Positions 1-7,716 of a stretch of 16,440 bases of DNA are shown in pieces. The stretch comes from an uncultured Lachnospiraceae bacterium (GTDB lineage Bacteria > Bacillota > Clostridia > Lachnospirales > Lachnospiraceae). A model generated the notes under the pieces. It made no database searches, was not told the origin of the DNA, and was given only the letters and a program-made list of their open reading frames with translations. Within the stretch, counting starts at the first letter, position 1, and the number at the start of each line of letters is the position of its first letter. The stretch spans positions 1 through 16,440 of the forward strand of contig CAZBKO010000044.1 in assembly GCA_964492545.1 (NCBI GenBank), given 5' to 3'. Position numbers and translations under genes: made by a program.

Positions 1-91
1 GCATATTTCTACATACTCTGTTCTTTATGTCATCCTTATCTAAATGACATTGCCTAAAATATTAGGATGGTTTTTCTTCCTCTTTAATATT

Positions 92-1498
92 TTATTTCTC
101 GTCTGTATTAACTTTTATACTCTCATCTGTTGTTTTTTCTTCTAAATCTTTTCCAAGAAATGTAGGTAACTCCATACCTGCCTGCTTAAATAACTCATTC
201 ATTGGAGGTATTGATTTCATCATTCCTGAAAGGAAATTTGCTGTGGCAGGAGTTCCATCTTTACCATTCATAGAATCCCAAACTGTAACCTTATCAATTT
301 TAATATTCTTAATAGCATCAACCTGAATCTGCATAAGATCCTGTAATTTATCTGCTACAATAAGCTTAACTGCTGCATCTGGATCTCCTCCTGCCGCAGT
401 TACAAGGTCCTTCATACCTGTAGCCTGCTTAGAAAGCATTTCCTGAATACCTTTGGCCTGAGCTTCCATTTTAGCAAATATAGCATCTGCTTCACCACGA
501 GCTCTTCTTCTAGCAACTTCTGCTTCTGCTTCTGCTGCAATTTCTGCCTGTTCTTTTTCTATCTGAGCCTTAATAATTATATCAGCCTGCTGTGTTGCTC
601 TCTCAAGTTCTGCACGAGTCTGCTCTGCTTCCTTCTGTGCAACATATGCTTCTTCCTTTGCCTTAGCTGCCTGAACTGCTTCTGCTGCTGTTGCTAATTT
701 AAGAGCTTCTGCTTCCTTTTCACGTCTTGATGCATCTGACTGAGCTACTTCAATCTTAGCTGTATTCTCACCCTTGATTGCATCTGCATCTGCTGCAGCA
801 ACCTGAATACGTTGATCTCTTCTTGCATTAGCCTGGCCGATTTCACCATCTTTATCCTTTTCAGCAACGCTTTTCTTAGCATCATTAATTGCCTTTGCAG
901 CTGCTTCCTTACCAAGTGCTTCTATGTAACCAGATTCATCATTGATATCAGTTACGTTAACATTGATTAGTCTTAAACCAATTTTCTTAAGTTCTATCTC
1001 AACATTATTTGATACAGATAAAAGGAACTTATCTCTGTCTGAGTTGATTTCCTCTATATCCATTGTAGCAATTACTAAACGTAACTGTCCAAGAATAATA
1101 TCTTTTGCAAGCTCCTGGATTTCTCCAAGCTTTAATCCAAGTAATCTTTCAGCCGCGTTATGCATTATCTGTGCTTCTGTTGAAATACCTACTGTAAATC
1201 TTGATGGAACATCAACTCTGATGTTCTGCTTTGAAAGTGCATTTCTTAAATCTACATTAATTGATATAGGCGTTAAGTCCATATACTGGTATGATTGAAG
1301 CACTGGTACTATAAATGCTGCTCCACCATGAATACACTTTGCTGATCTTGTCTGTCCTGTTTTATCAGAACCAACCTTACCATAAATGACAAGCACTTTA
1401 TCAGATGGACACTTGCGATATCTTGATAAAATTGCTGCCAAAGCCGCAACTAGTACTACGGCTCCAATACTAATTCCGATTATTACTTCTATTGTCAT
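92..1498 (-). CDS. floT: Flotillin-like SPFH/band-7 protein (FloT/YqiK family). It has an N-terminal TM helix, an SPFH domain and a long Glu/Ala-rich coiled-coil tail.
   Basis: Translation shows one N-terminal hydrophobic helix followed by a PHB/SPFH-like core. The EA-rich tail (KEAEALKLATAAEAVQAAKAKEEA...AEAEAEVARRRARGEAD) is characteristic of bacterial flotillins. The gene lies immediately downstream of an nfeD-like gene, as in the B. subtilis yuaF-floT operon. The ORF track starts at 1510, but that ATG sits inside the SD. The ATG at 1498 (MTIEVII...) is preceded by GGAGG with a 5-nt spacer. Confidence 0.85.
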   Translation of the reverse strand: MTIEVIIGISIGAVVLVAALAAILSRYRKCPSDKVLVIYGKVGSDKTGQTRSAKCIHGGAAFIVPVLQSYQYMDLTPISINVDLRNALSKQNIRVDVPSRFTVGISTEAQIMHNAAERLLGLKLGEIQELAKDIILGQLRLVIATMDIEEINSDRDKFLLSVSNNVEIELKKIGLRLINVNVTDINDESGYIEALGKEAAAKAINDAKKSVAEKDKDGEIGQANARRDQRIQVAAADADAIKGENTAKIEVAQSDASRREKEAEALKLATAAEAVQAAKAKEEAYVAQKEAEQTRAELERATQQADIIIKAQIEKEQAEIAAEAEAEVARRRARGEADAIFAKMEAQAKGIQEMLSKQATGMKDLVTAAGGDPDAAVKLIVADKLQDLMQIQVDAIKNIKIDKVTVWDSMNGKDGTPATANFLSGMMKSIPPMNELFKQAGMELPTFLGKDLEEKTTDESIKVNTDEK

Positions 1499-1603
1499 AA
1501 TTACCTCCATTCAGGGTTGTTTTTTAGGCTGCCTCCCGCAATATACAATGTTTCCCTGCTTAACACGTATATAATGGTTCTCCATTTACCATATATATTA
1601 AGG

Positions 1604-2290
1604 TTAATCTCTTTCTACCACAAGAGTATCACCTTTAATATCTGTTATTCTGACAAATTCACCTGTGTTGATACATTTGTCTTCTTCTGTAATAGCATCA
1701 AAATCTGTCATTCTTCCTTGAATAGTAACATTCACTTTGCCATGACCATTTCCTTTAGATGGTATAATTAAATATACCTCTCCTCTTTCACCAATTGCAT
1801 TTCTTATATCCATTGTTCCACTTTGTACCAAATGTCTAGACCAATGTATTAATTTAGCAATTAAGAACAGTACAATAAATCCAAATACGATTCCAAGTAG
1901 TACTGCGAGTACCTTATTCATTCCACCATTGACTCCACCGATACTGGTCCATCCAAATACACAAAAGAATGCGATAATTCCCTGTAGTGTAAATAATTTG
2001 AAATCGGACACATCTGTCATATTCTCATGTATCTGTTGATCAATATTGTGGTTGGTTAAATCGATGTCATGTAGATTAACATCAATATCAACTCCATTAA
2101 TATCAATTCCGTCGACACCAATGTCGCCGCCTAAATCCAGTCCTGATGTATCGCTGATATCAATACCATCTCCACCATCAAAACCAATAATGATTAATAT
2201 TGTCTGGATGACAAGAATAATAGTTGAAGGAATTGCAATACAATATAGTACTTTGACAAAATTATCTAATGAATCCCACCATGCAACCAT
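1604..2290 (-). CDS. NfeD-like membrane protein (YuaF-type). It has N-terminal TM segments and a C-terminal OB-fold beta-barrel, and it carries an unusual Asp/Gly-rich insert.
   Basis: The product has hydrophobic TM segments and a C-terminal NfeD-type OB domain (GEVYLIIPSKGNGHGKVNV...GEFVRITDIKGDTLVVE). Its position directly upstream of the flotillin gene, co-oriented with it, matches the conserved nfeD-flotillin pairing. The ORF track start at 2308 has no SD. The ATG at 2290 (MVAWW...) follows AAGAGGAG with a 5-nt spacer. Confidence 0.75.
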   Translation of the reverse strand: MVAWWDSLDNFVKVLYCIAIPSTIILVIQTILIIIGFDGGDGIDISDTSGLDLGGDIGVDGIDINGVDIDVNLHDIDLTNHNIDQQIHENMTDVSDFKLFTLQGIIAFFCVFGWTSIGGVNGGMNKVLAVLLGIVFGFIVLFLIAKLIHWSRHLVQSGTMDIRNAIGERGEVYLIIPSKGNGHGKVNVTIQGRMTDFDAITEEDKCINTGEFVRITDIKGDTLVVERD

Positions 2291-2316
2291 AAAAACTCCT
2301 CTTTTCATATTAATTT

Positions 2317-2333
2317 TGTAAATCTAATTTACA
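2317..2333. promoter_or_regulatory. Palindromic operator O1, TGTAAATctaATTTACA. It begins 3 nt downstream of the nfeD -10 and covers the predicted transcription start.
   Basis: It is a perfect inverted repeat with 7-bp arms and a 3-bp spacer. A near-identical copy (O2) lies 104 bp away on the divergent promoter. Confidence 0.45.
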
Positions 2334-2336
2334 TTT

Positions 2337-2364
2337 ATTATAACATTATAAACAATATTGTCAA
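2337..2364 (-). promoter_or_regulatory. Putative sigma-A promoter of the nfeD-floT operon. On the minus strand it reads -35 TTGACA, 16-nt spacer, extended -10 TGtTATAAT.
   Basis: Read on the minus strand: TTGACAatattgtttataatgtTATAAT. Both hexamers match consensus perfectly and a TGn extension precedes the -10. The element lies about 45 nt upstream of the nfeD start codon. Confidence 0.5.
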
Positions 2365-2384
2365 TATATAAATTGATTTTTAGC

Positions 2385-2413
2385 TTGATTTATCGTGCAA
2401 TATTTGATACAAT
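2385..2413 (+). promoter_or_regulatory. Putative promoter of the XRE regulator gene. It reads -35 TTGATT, 14-nt spacer, extended -10 TGaTACAAT.
   Basis: TTGATT lies at 2385-2390. TGATACAAT lies at 2405-2413, with TG at 2405-2406 and the TACAAT hexamer at 2408-2413. The spacing between the hexamers is 17 nt. A GGAGG SD at 2446-2450 precedes the ATG at 2459. Confidence 0.4.
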
Positions 2414-2420
2414 ACATTAA

Positions 2421-2437
2421 TGTAAATCTGATTTACT
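2421..2437. promoter_or_regulatory. Palindromic operator O2, tGTAAATctgATTTACt. It sits at about +1 to +17 of the regulator's own promoter.
   Basis: It matches O1 at 15 of 17 positions. The inverted arms GTAAAT/ATTTAC flank a 3-bp spacer. It overlaps a second palindrome, ACATTAATGT (2414-2423). Confidence 0.45.
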
Positions 2438-2458
2438 ACTATTATATGGAGGTGCGCT

Positions 2459-2986
2459 ATGAATAATATAGAACTAGGTAGAAAAATAAAAGAAGCCCGA
2501 ATATCTAAGAAAATGACTCAAAGCGAAGTTGTTGGGAATTTTATTACCAGAAATATGTTAAGTCAGATTGAAAGTGGAAATGCATCACCTTCAATTAAAA
2601 CTTTAGAGTATATTTCAGGTGTACTAAACATACCACTTAATCAGCTTATGTCAGAAGATGAATATATTCCATCAGATAGTAACTCAACTGCTTTTAATAC
2701 CTATCTTAAGGCTAAATCCTTATTTAAATCAGAAAAATATGCAGAAGCACTTAATTGTCTTAACACAATTAATGATGATAGTTCACCTCTCTATGATGAA
2801 GTGATATTTATTACAGCAAAATGTTACTACTATATGGCAGAGAAAAATGTTTTTGAAAATAATATGTCAGACGCTGCCTCATATGCTAAAAAATCCTCCG
2901 AAATTGCTTCCGAAGGAATTTTTGGTAACAGATCATTAAAGTCATCGTCTATTCTATTGCTTGATTCAATTGCTGACAAATTATAA
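2459..2986 (+). CDS. XRE-family (Cro/CI-type) HTH transcriptional regulator with a C-terminal TPR-like helical domain
   Basis: The N-terminus (LGRKIKEARISKKMTQSEVVGNFITRNMLSQIESGNASPSIKTLEYISGVLNIPLNQL) is a canonical HTH_3 fold. The C-terminal ~100 aa is helical and TPR-like (YLKAKSLFKSEKYAEALNCL...). A strong SD (GGAGG) is present. The gene is divergent from nfeD-floT, and two palindromes lie in the shared intergenic region. Confidence 0.8.
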   Translation: MNNIELGRKIKEARISKKMTQSEVVGNFITRNMLSQIESGNASPSIKTLEYISGVLNIPLNQLMSEDEYIPSDSNSTAFNTYLKAKSLFKSEKYAEALNCLNTINDDSSPLYDEVIFITAKCYYYMAEKNVFENNMSDAASYAKKSSEIASEGIFGNRSLKSSSILLLDSIADKL

Positions 2987-3688
2987 GGGTTCTTTTGAAG
3001 GTAATCCTGATTTTCTAGGATACTTCTTAGGTGTGGAAGAGGTCTTAAGTATTTTTACAAGATTTCTCTCCATATCAGAACCATCAATTGTAAAGTTACA
3101 TATTTCTGCAATTTCTCCTCCAAGAAGCTTAATTGCTTTTGATGCAGCATTTACTTCATCCTGTGCCGACACCGCTTTGTATGAAACAAAGCATCCGCCT
3201 TTTTTTACAAACGGAATACAATACTCTGATAATGTTGACAGGTTAGCCACTGCTCTAGATACGCACACATCATACTTTTCTCTATAATCAGGATTCACAC
3301 CATAATTCTCTGCTCTTCCATGATATCCACAAATATTACTTAATTCTAATGTATCAATAATCTCATTTAGCCAATTAATTCTCTTATTTAATGAATCAAC
3401 TAATGTGACCTTTAAATGTGGAAAAGCTATTTTTAGTGGAATTCCCGGAAATCCGGCTCCAGTTCCAATATCAATAATATTACTGATGCTATTTACATCA
3501 ATAACTTTTACTAATGTAAGACTATCATAAAAATGCTTTGTCAACACCTCCTGATACTCTGTTATTGCAGTCAGATTCATGACCTTGTTTTTTTCAACTA
3601 AAAGCTCATAATATTTATCAAATTGCTTAATCTGTTTATCAGATAGTTCAATTCCTAAATTATTCAATTTATCTATAAATGTATTCAT
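2981..3688 (-). CDS. rsmG: 16S rRNA (guanine527-N7)-methyltransferase RsmG (GidB)
   Basis: It carries the SAM-binding motif DIGTGAGFPGIPL. Its C-terminal tail PKKYPRKSGLPSKEPL is typical of Firmicutes GidB. It lies directly downstream of mnmG with a 5-nt gap. Confidence 0.9.
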   Translation of the reverse strand: MNTFIDKLNNLGIELSDKQIKQFDKYYELLVEKNKVMNLTAITEYQEVLTKHFYDSLTLVKVIDVNSISNIIDIGTGAGFPGIPLKIAFPHLKVTLVDSLNKRINWLNEIIDTLELSNICGYHGRAENYGVNPDYREKYDVCVSRAVANLSTLSEYCIPFVKKGGCFVSYKAVSAQDEVNAASKAIKLLGGEIAEICNFTIDGSDMERNLVKILKTSSTPKKYPRKSGLPSKEPL

Positions 3689-3693
3689 ATTTA

Positions 3694-5568
3694 TTAATGG
3701 TTTCCTTCCATAAATACTAATAATACTGATATGTCAGCCGGTGAGACACCTGATATTCTAGATGCCTGTCCTATTGATAATGGTTTGTATAGCATTAGTT
3801 TTTGTCTTGCTTCTTTTCTCAGGCTAGGCACATTTTCATAATCGAAGTTTTCTGGAATTTTTTTTTCTTCCAGCTTTTTGAAATGTTCAACCTGTTTGAG
3901 TTGTCTCTTAATATATCCATCATACTTAATATTAATATTTACCTGCTCTATTACATCTTCAGGTAATTTTTCTCTGTTAACATCAAATTCTTCCAGCATC
4001 TCATAGCTAAGCTCAGGTCTTCTTATTAATTCAGCCAATGAGCTTCCTGTTTTTAATGAAGTGCTTTCATGTTCTTCAAGGAAGCTCTGTACTTCCTTTG
4101 ATGCACCAATAGGAGTATTTTCAAGTCTCTCTATTTCTTTTTCTGTCAGTTCAATTTTCTTTTTAACCTTTTCATATTGTTCATCACTTATCAAGCCGAT
4201 GCTATGGCCAATTGATGACAATCTTATATCAGCATTATCCTGTCTGAGAAGTAATCTATATTCTGCCCTTGAAGTCATCATTCGATATGGTTCATTATTC
4301 TCTTTTGTTACAAGGTCATCAATTAGAACACCTATATATGCCTGTGAACGATCCAGCACAATCTGCTCTCTTTCAAGTACATACAAGCCTGCATTTATAC
4401 CTGCAATAAGCCCCTGTGCAGCAGCCTCCTCGTAGCCTGAACTTCCATTGAACTGTCCACCACTAAATAATCCATTTACCTTTTTGAATTCCAATGTTGC
4501 TTTTAGCTGGTTTGGATTAATGCAATCATACTCAATTGCATATGCATTACGAACAATTTTGACATTTTCAAGTCCCGGAACTGTTTTATACATGGCATAT
4601 TGAACATCCTCCGGAAGTGAACTTGACATTCCACCTAAATACATTTCATTTGTATAATTTCCTTCAGGCTCGATAAAGACCTGGTGTCTGTTCTTGTCAG
4701 CAAATTTTACTACCTTATCCTCTATAGACGGACAATATCTAGGTCCAGTTCCCTCTATAGCACCGGAAAATAGTGGTGATCTGTCCAAATTTGCCTTAAT
4801 TATATTGTGAGTCTCCTCATTTGTATAAGTTAACCAGCATGAAATCTGATCCTTTTGTATATCATCCGGATTCGTTTGAAATGAAAATGGTACTACTTTT
4901 TTATCTCCAAACTGCTCTTCCATCTTGGAAAAATCTATTGATCTTTTATCTACACGTGCTGGGGTTCCTGTTTTAAATCTTCTAATTTCAATTCCGATAT
5001 TTTTCAGCGATTCTGTCAAATGATTAGCAGCCTGTAATCCATTTGGTCCTGTTGGATTACTCACATCTCCATAAATACATCTTGCTTTTAAATATGTACC
5101 TGTACATAACACTATTGCTTTTGCCTTGTATTCTGCTCCAGAATATGTTTTTGCACCTGCAATTTTACCATTTTCCACAATAATTTCTGATACTTCTGCC
5201 TGCCTTATTGTTAGATTATCAGTATTTTCAAGAGTTCTTCTCATTTCTCTTGAATAGTCCTGTTTATCTGCCTGTGCTCTTAGAGAATGAACTGCAGGTC
5301 CTTTTGATACATTTAACATCTTAGATTGTATAAATGTCTTATCTATATTCTTACCCATTTCGCCGCCCAAAGCATCTATTTCTCTTACTAAATGTCCCTT
5401 TGAACTTCCACCTATATTAGGATTACATGGCATAAGTGCTATGCTGTCTACACTTACTGTAAACATTATTGTATTTAATCCAAGTCTTGCACATGCTAAG
5501 GCTGCTTCACAACCGGCATGACCTGCTCCGACCACAAGAATATCATATTCTTCAACTAAATTTGGCAT
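3694..5568 (-). CDS. mnmG: tRNA uridine-5-carboxymethylaminomethyl modification enzyme MnmG (GidA)
   Basis: It has an N-terminal FAD-binding motif ([14 protein letters not shown]). Its length is 624 aa. The conserved mnmE-mnmG-rsmG order supports the call. Confidence 0.95.
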   Translation of the reverse strand: MPNLVEEYDILVVGAGHAGCEAALACARLGLNTIMFTVSVDSIALMPCNPNIGGSSKGHLVREIDALGGEMGKNIDKTFIQSKMLNVSKGPAVHSLRAQADKQDYSREMRRTLENTDNLTIRQAEVSEIIVENGKIAGAKTYSGAEYKAKAIVLCTGTYLKARCIYGDVSNPTGPNGLQAANHLTESLKNIGIEIRRFKTGTPARVDKRSIDFSKMEEQFGDKKVVPFSFQTNPDDIQKDQISCWLTYTNEETHNIIKANLDRSPLFSGAIEGTGPRYCPSIEDKVVKFADKNRHQVFIEPEGNYTNEMYLGGMSSSLPEDVQYAMYKTVPGLENVKIVRNAYAIEYDCINPNQLKATLEFKKVNGLFSGGQFNGSSGYEEAAAQGLIAGINAGLYVLEREQIVLDRSQAYIGVLIDDLVTKENNEPYRMMTSRAEYRLLLRQDNADIRLSSIGHSIGLISDEQYEKVKKKIELTEKEIERLENTPIGASKEVQSFLEEHESTSLKTGSSLAELIRRPELSYEMLEEFDVNREKLPEDVIEQVNINIKYDGYIKRQLKQVEHFKKLEEKKIPENFDYENVPSLRKEARQKLMLYKPLSIGQASRISGVSPADISVLLVFMEGNH

Positions 5569-5589
5569 TTACTTTATCCTTCTTTCTTA

Positions 5590-6969
5590 TTACTTGCCCA
5601 TGCAGAACTTGCTAAATATTTCATTAACTAAATCATCTTCAACCGACTCTCCAATTACATATCCCAACTGTTCATATGCATTCATCAAATCTATGGAATA
5701 AAAATCCTCAGGCATTCCATTTTCTATACTATTTATAACAAGTCTAAGACTTTCATAACTATTCTTAATAGCATTTTTATGTCTGGCATTTGTTATATAA
5801 ATATCTTCATTTTCAGATATTTCACCATCATAAAACATATCCTTTATCTTATCTTCCAATTCGTCAATGCCATGTTCCTCTGTTGCTGATATTGATATTG
5901 GTCTTATTCCTGTCAAATCAAATATATGTTTTTCTTCAACTACTCTATTTAAATCTGACTTGTTCATTATGATAATGCACTTTTTATCTTTTATCATATT
6001 AATTATTTCCATATCATTTTCATCTATTTCTCTTGATGAGTCAACAACAAATAATACTAAATCTGCATCTTCTACAGAATTTCTAGCTTTTGTAACACCT
6101 ATTTTTTCCACTATATCATCAGTGTTTCGTATTCCGGCAGTATCAACTATGTTAAGGGTTATTCCATGCAATCTTATACTTTCTTCAAGTGTGTCTCGCG
6201 TTGTGCCTGCCACATCTGTTACAATTGCCCTGTCTTCACCAAGTAAAACATTTAGCAAAGATGATTTTCCAACATTTGGTTTTCCAAGAATTACCGTTCT
6301 TATTCCCTCTGATATCAATCTTCCATTATCAGCTGATTTAATTAATTTTTCCAGCTTCAATAATATATCATCAACTTCTATTTTTAGCTTATCACCATAG
6401 CCATCTATGCTTATATGTTCAGGGTCATCAAGAGCTGATTCTATAAATGCTATGTTATAAATAATCTTTTCTCTTATTTCTTTTATTCTATTTGAAATAC
6501 TTCCTTTAAGCTGATTAACTGACTGCTTAAGGGCAATATCATTTTTCGCGTTAATTACATCTATTACAGCCTCTGCCTGTGATAAATCTATTCTTCCATT
6601 TAAAAATGCTCTCTTCGTAAATTCTCCAGGCTCAGCACATCTTGCTCCATTATCAAGTACTATCTCTAATATTTTATTAACCACCAGAATTCCACCATGG
6701 CAATCTATTTCAACTGTATCTTCCTTCGTATAGGTATGTGGTGCTTTCATAAGTATAACAATAACTTCATCAATAACCTCACCATTATTAACAATATTAC
6801 CATAATGAACTGTATGAGATTTCTGATTAATTAGCTTCTTATCTTTCTTAACTGAAACAAATATCTTATCTATAATGTTTATGGCTTCACTTCCACTAAT
6901 TCTTATTATACCAATACCTGAATTGCTCATTGAAGTTGCTATTGCTGCTATTGTACTTGATTCATACAT
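5590..6969 (-). CDS. mnmE: tRNA modification GTPase MnmE (TrmE)
   Basis: It has the G-domain motifs GKPNVGKSSLLN, DTAG and NKSD, and the C-terminal CMGK tetrapeptide. The ORF track extends to 7062. The likely true start is the ATG at 6969 (MYESSTIAAIATSMSNSGIGIIRISG), which gives 459 aa and is preceded by GGAGAG. Confidence 0.9.
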   Translation of the reverse strand: MYESSTIAAIATSMSNSGIGIIRISGSEAINIIDKIFVSVKKDKKLINQKSHTVHYGNIVNNGEVIDEVIVILMKAPHTYTKEDTVEIDCHGGILVVNKILEIVLDNGARCAEPGEFTKRAFLNGRIDLSQAEAVIDVINAKNDIALKQSVNQLKGSISNRIKEIREKIIYNIAFIESALDDPEHISIDGYGDKLKIEVDDILLKLEKLIKSADNGRLISEGIRTVILGKPNVGKSSLLNVLLGEDRAIVTDVAGTTRDTLEESIRLHGITLNIVDTAGIRNTDDIVEKIGVTKARNSVEDADLVLFVVDSSREIDENDMEIINMIKDKKCIIIMNKSDLNRVVEEKHIFDLTGIRPISISATEEHGIDELEDKIKDMFYDGEISENEDIYITNARHKNAIKNSYESLRLVINSIENGMPEDFYSIDLMNAYEQLGYVIGESVEDDLVNEIFSKFCMGK

Positions 6970-7068
6970 TAATATTTCTCTCCATTCGGTTATGAATAAA
7001 ATGTGCCCGTTTGACATCTTTATAGGTATACCTATATCATAAGAATGCCTAACGGACACCATTAAAAA

Positions 7069-7701
7069 CTATTTCTTTAACATTACAACAACATGTCTAT
7101 ATGGCTCTTCGCCTTCGCTTTTAGTTGTAACATATTTGTCATTCTGAAGTGCAGAATGAATTACTCTTCTTTCATATGGATTCATTGGCTCCAATGAAAC
7201 ATTTCTCTTTGTTCTCTTTACTTTATATGCAATGTTTTTTGCTAAATTTTCAAGAGTTTCTTTTCTTCTCTGACGATAATTCTCAGTATCAAGCTTTACT
7301 CTGTAATATTCTGAGCTTTCTTTGTTAACAACTAAGCTTACGAGATACTGTAATGAATCAATAGTCTGTCCTCTTTTTCCAATGAGAATTCCCATTTCAT
7401 CACCTGAAAGGTTAATGTCAATATTCTTATCCTTTTCGTCTACCTTGATGTCCATAGTTACCGCCATATTCATGGCAACAAATACTTCCTTAAGAAAATC
7501 TCTTGCAATATCCTCAATGGTAATAACTTTGATTACTCTTGCTTTAATTCTTGCTGGTTTGCTTCCTATAAGACCAAGAAATCCATTACTCTCTTTCTCA
7601 ATTACTTCATACTCAATCTTATCTCTAGTTGTTTCTAATTTAATTGCAGCCTCTGTCACTGCATCGTCAACTGTTTTTCCGGTATATTCTACGAAATCCA
7701 T
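7069..7701 (-). CDS. khpB: KhpB/Jag RNA-binding protein (Jag_N, KH and R3H domains)
   Basis: The sequence shows a Jag N-terminal domain, a KH motif (ILIGKRGQTIDSLQYL) and an R3H motif (MNPYERRVIHSAL). The SD is GGAGG. The gene lies downstream of yidC, as in spoIIIJ-jag. Confidence 0.85.
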   Translation of the reverse strand: MDFVEYTGKTVDDAVTEAAIKLETTRDKIEYEVIEKESNGFLGLIGSKPARIKARVIKVITIEDIARDFLKEVFVAMNMAVTMDIKVDEKDKNIDINLSGDEMGILIGKRGQTIDSLQYLVSLVVNKESSEYYRVKLDTENYRQRRKETLENLAKNIAYKVKRTKRNVSLEPMNPYERRVIHSALQNDKYVTTKSEGEEPYRHVVVMLKK

Positions 7702-7716
7702 GTTAATCCTCCCAAC

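Noticed and set aside
29-52. Hairpin ATGTCAT-N10-ATGACAT downstream of floT, and a CCTAA/TTAGG mini-hairpin at 54-67
   Set aside because: On the floT (minus) strand no U-tract follows the first hairpin. The second hairpin has only a 5-bp AT-rich stem. The real terminator probably lies beyond the window edge.
480-720. GC-rich, repetitive-looking DNA (gcttctgcttctgctgc...) inside floT
   Set aside because: It reflects in-frame Glu/Ala-repeat codons of the flotillin coiled-coil tail. It is not a tandem repeat element and not evidence of foreign origin.
942-2321. Plus-strand ORFs 942-1298, 1386-1574, 1517-1771 and 2046-2321 lying antisense to floT and nfeD
   Set aside because: They are low-complexity Ser/Ile/Leu-rich translations, typical of the antisense frame of AT-rich coding DNA. 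They have no SD and are fully embedded in well-supported genes.
7011-7039. A plus-strand TTGACA and a weak -10 in the khpB-mnmE gap, plus the palindrome AGGTATACCT at 7025-7034
   Set aside because: The -10 is poor and the orientation is antisense to every local gene. The minus strand shows no convincing internal mnmE promoter, so mnmE is probably co-transcribed with yidC-khpB.
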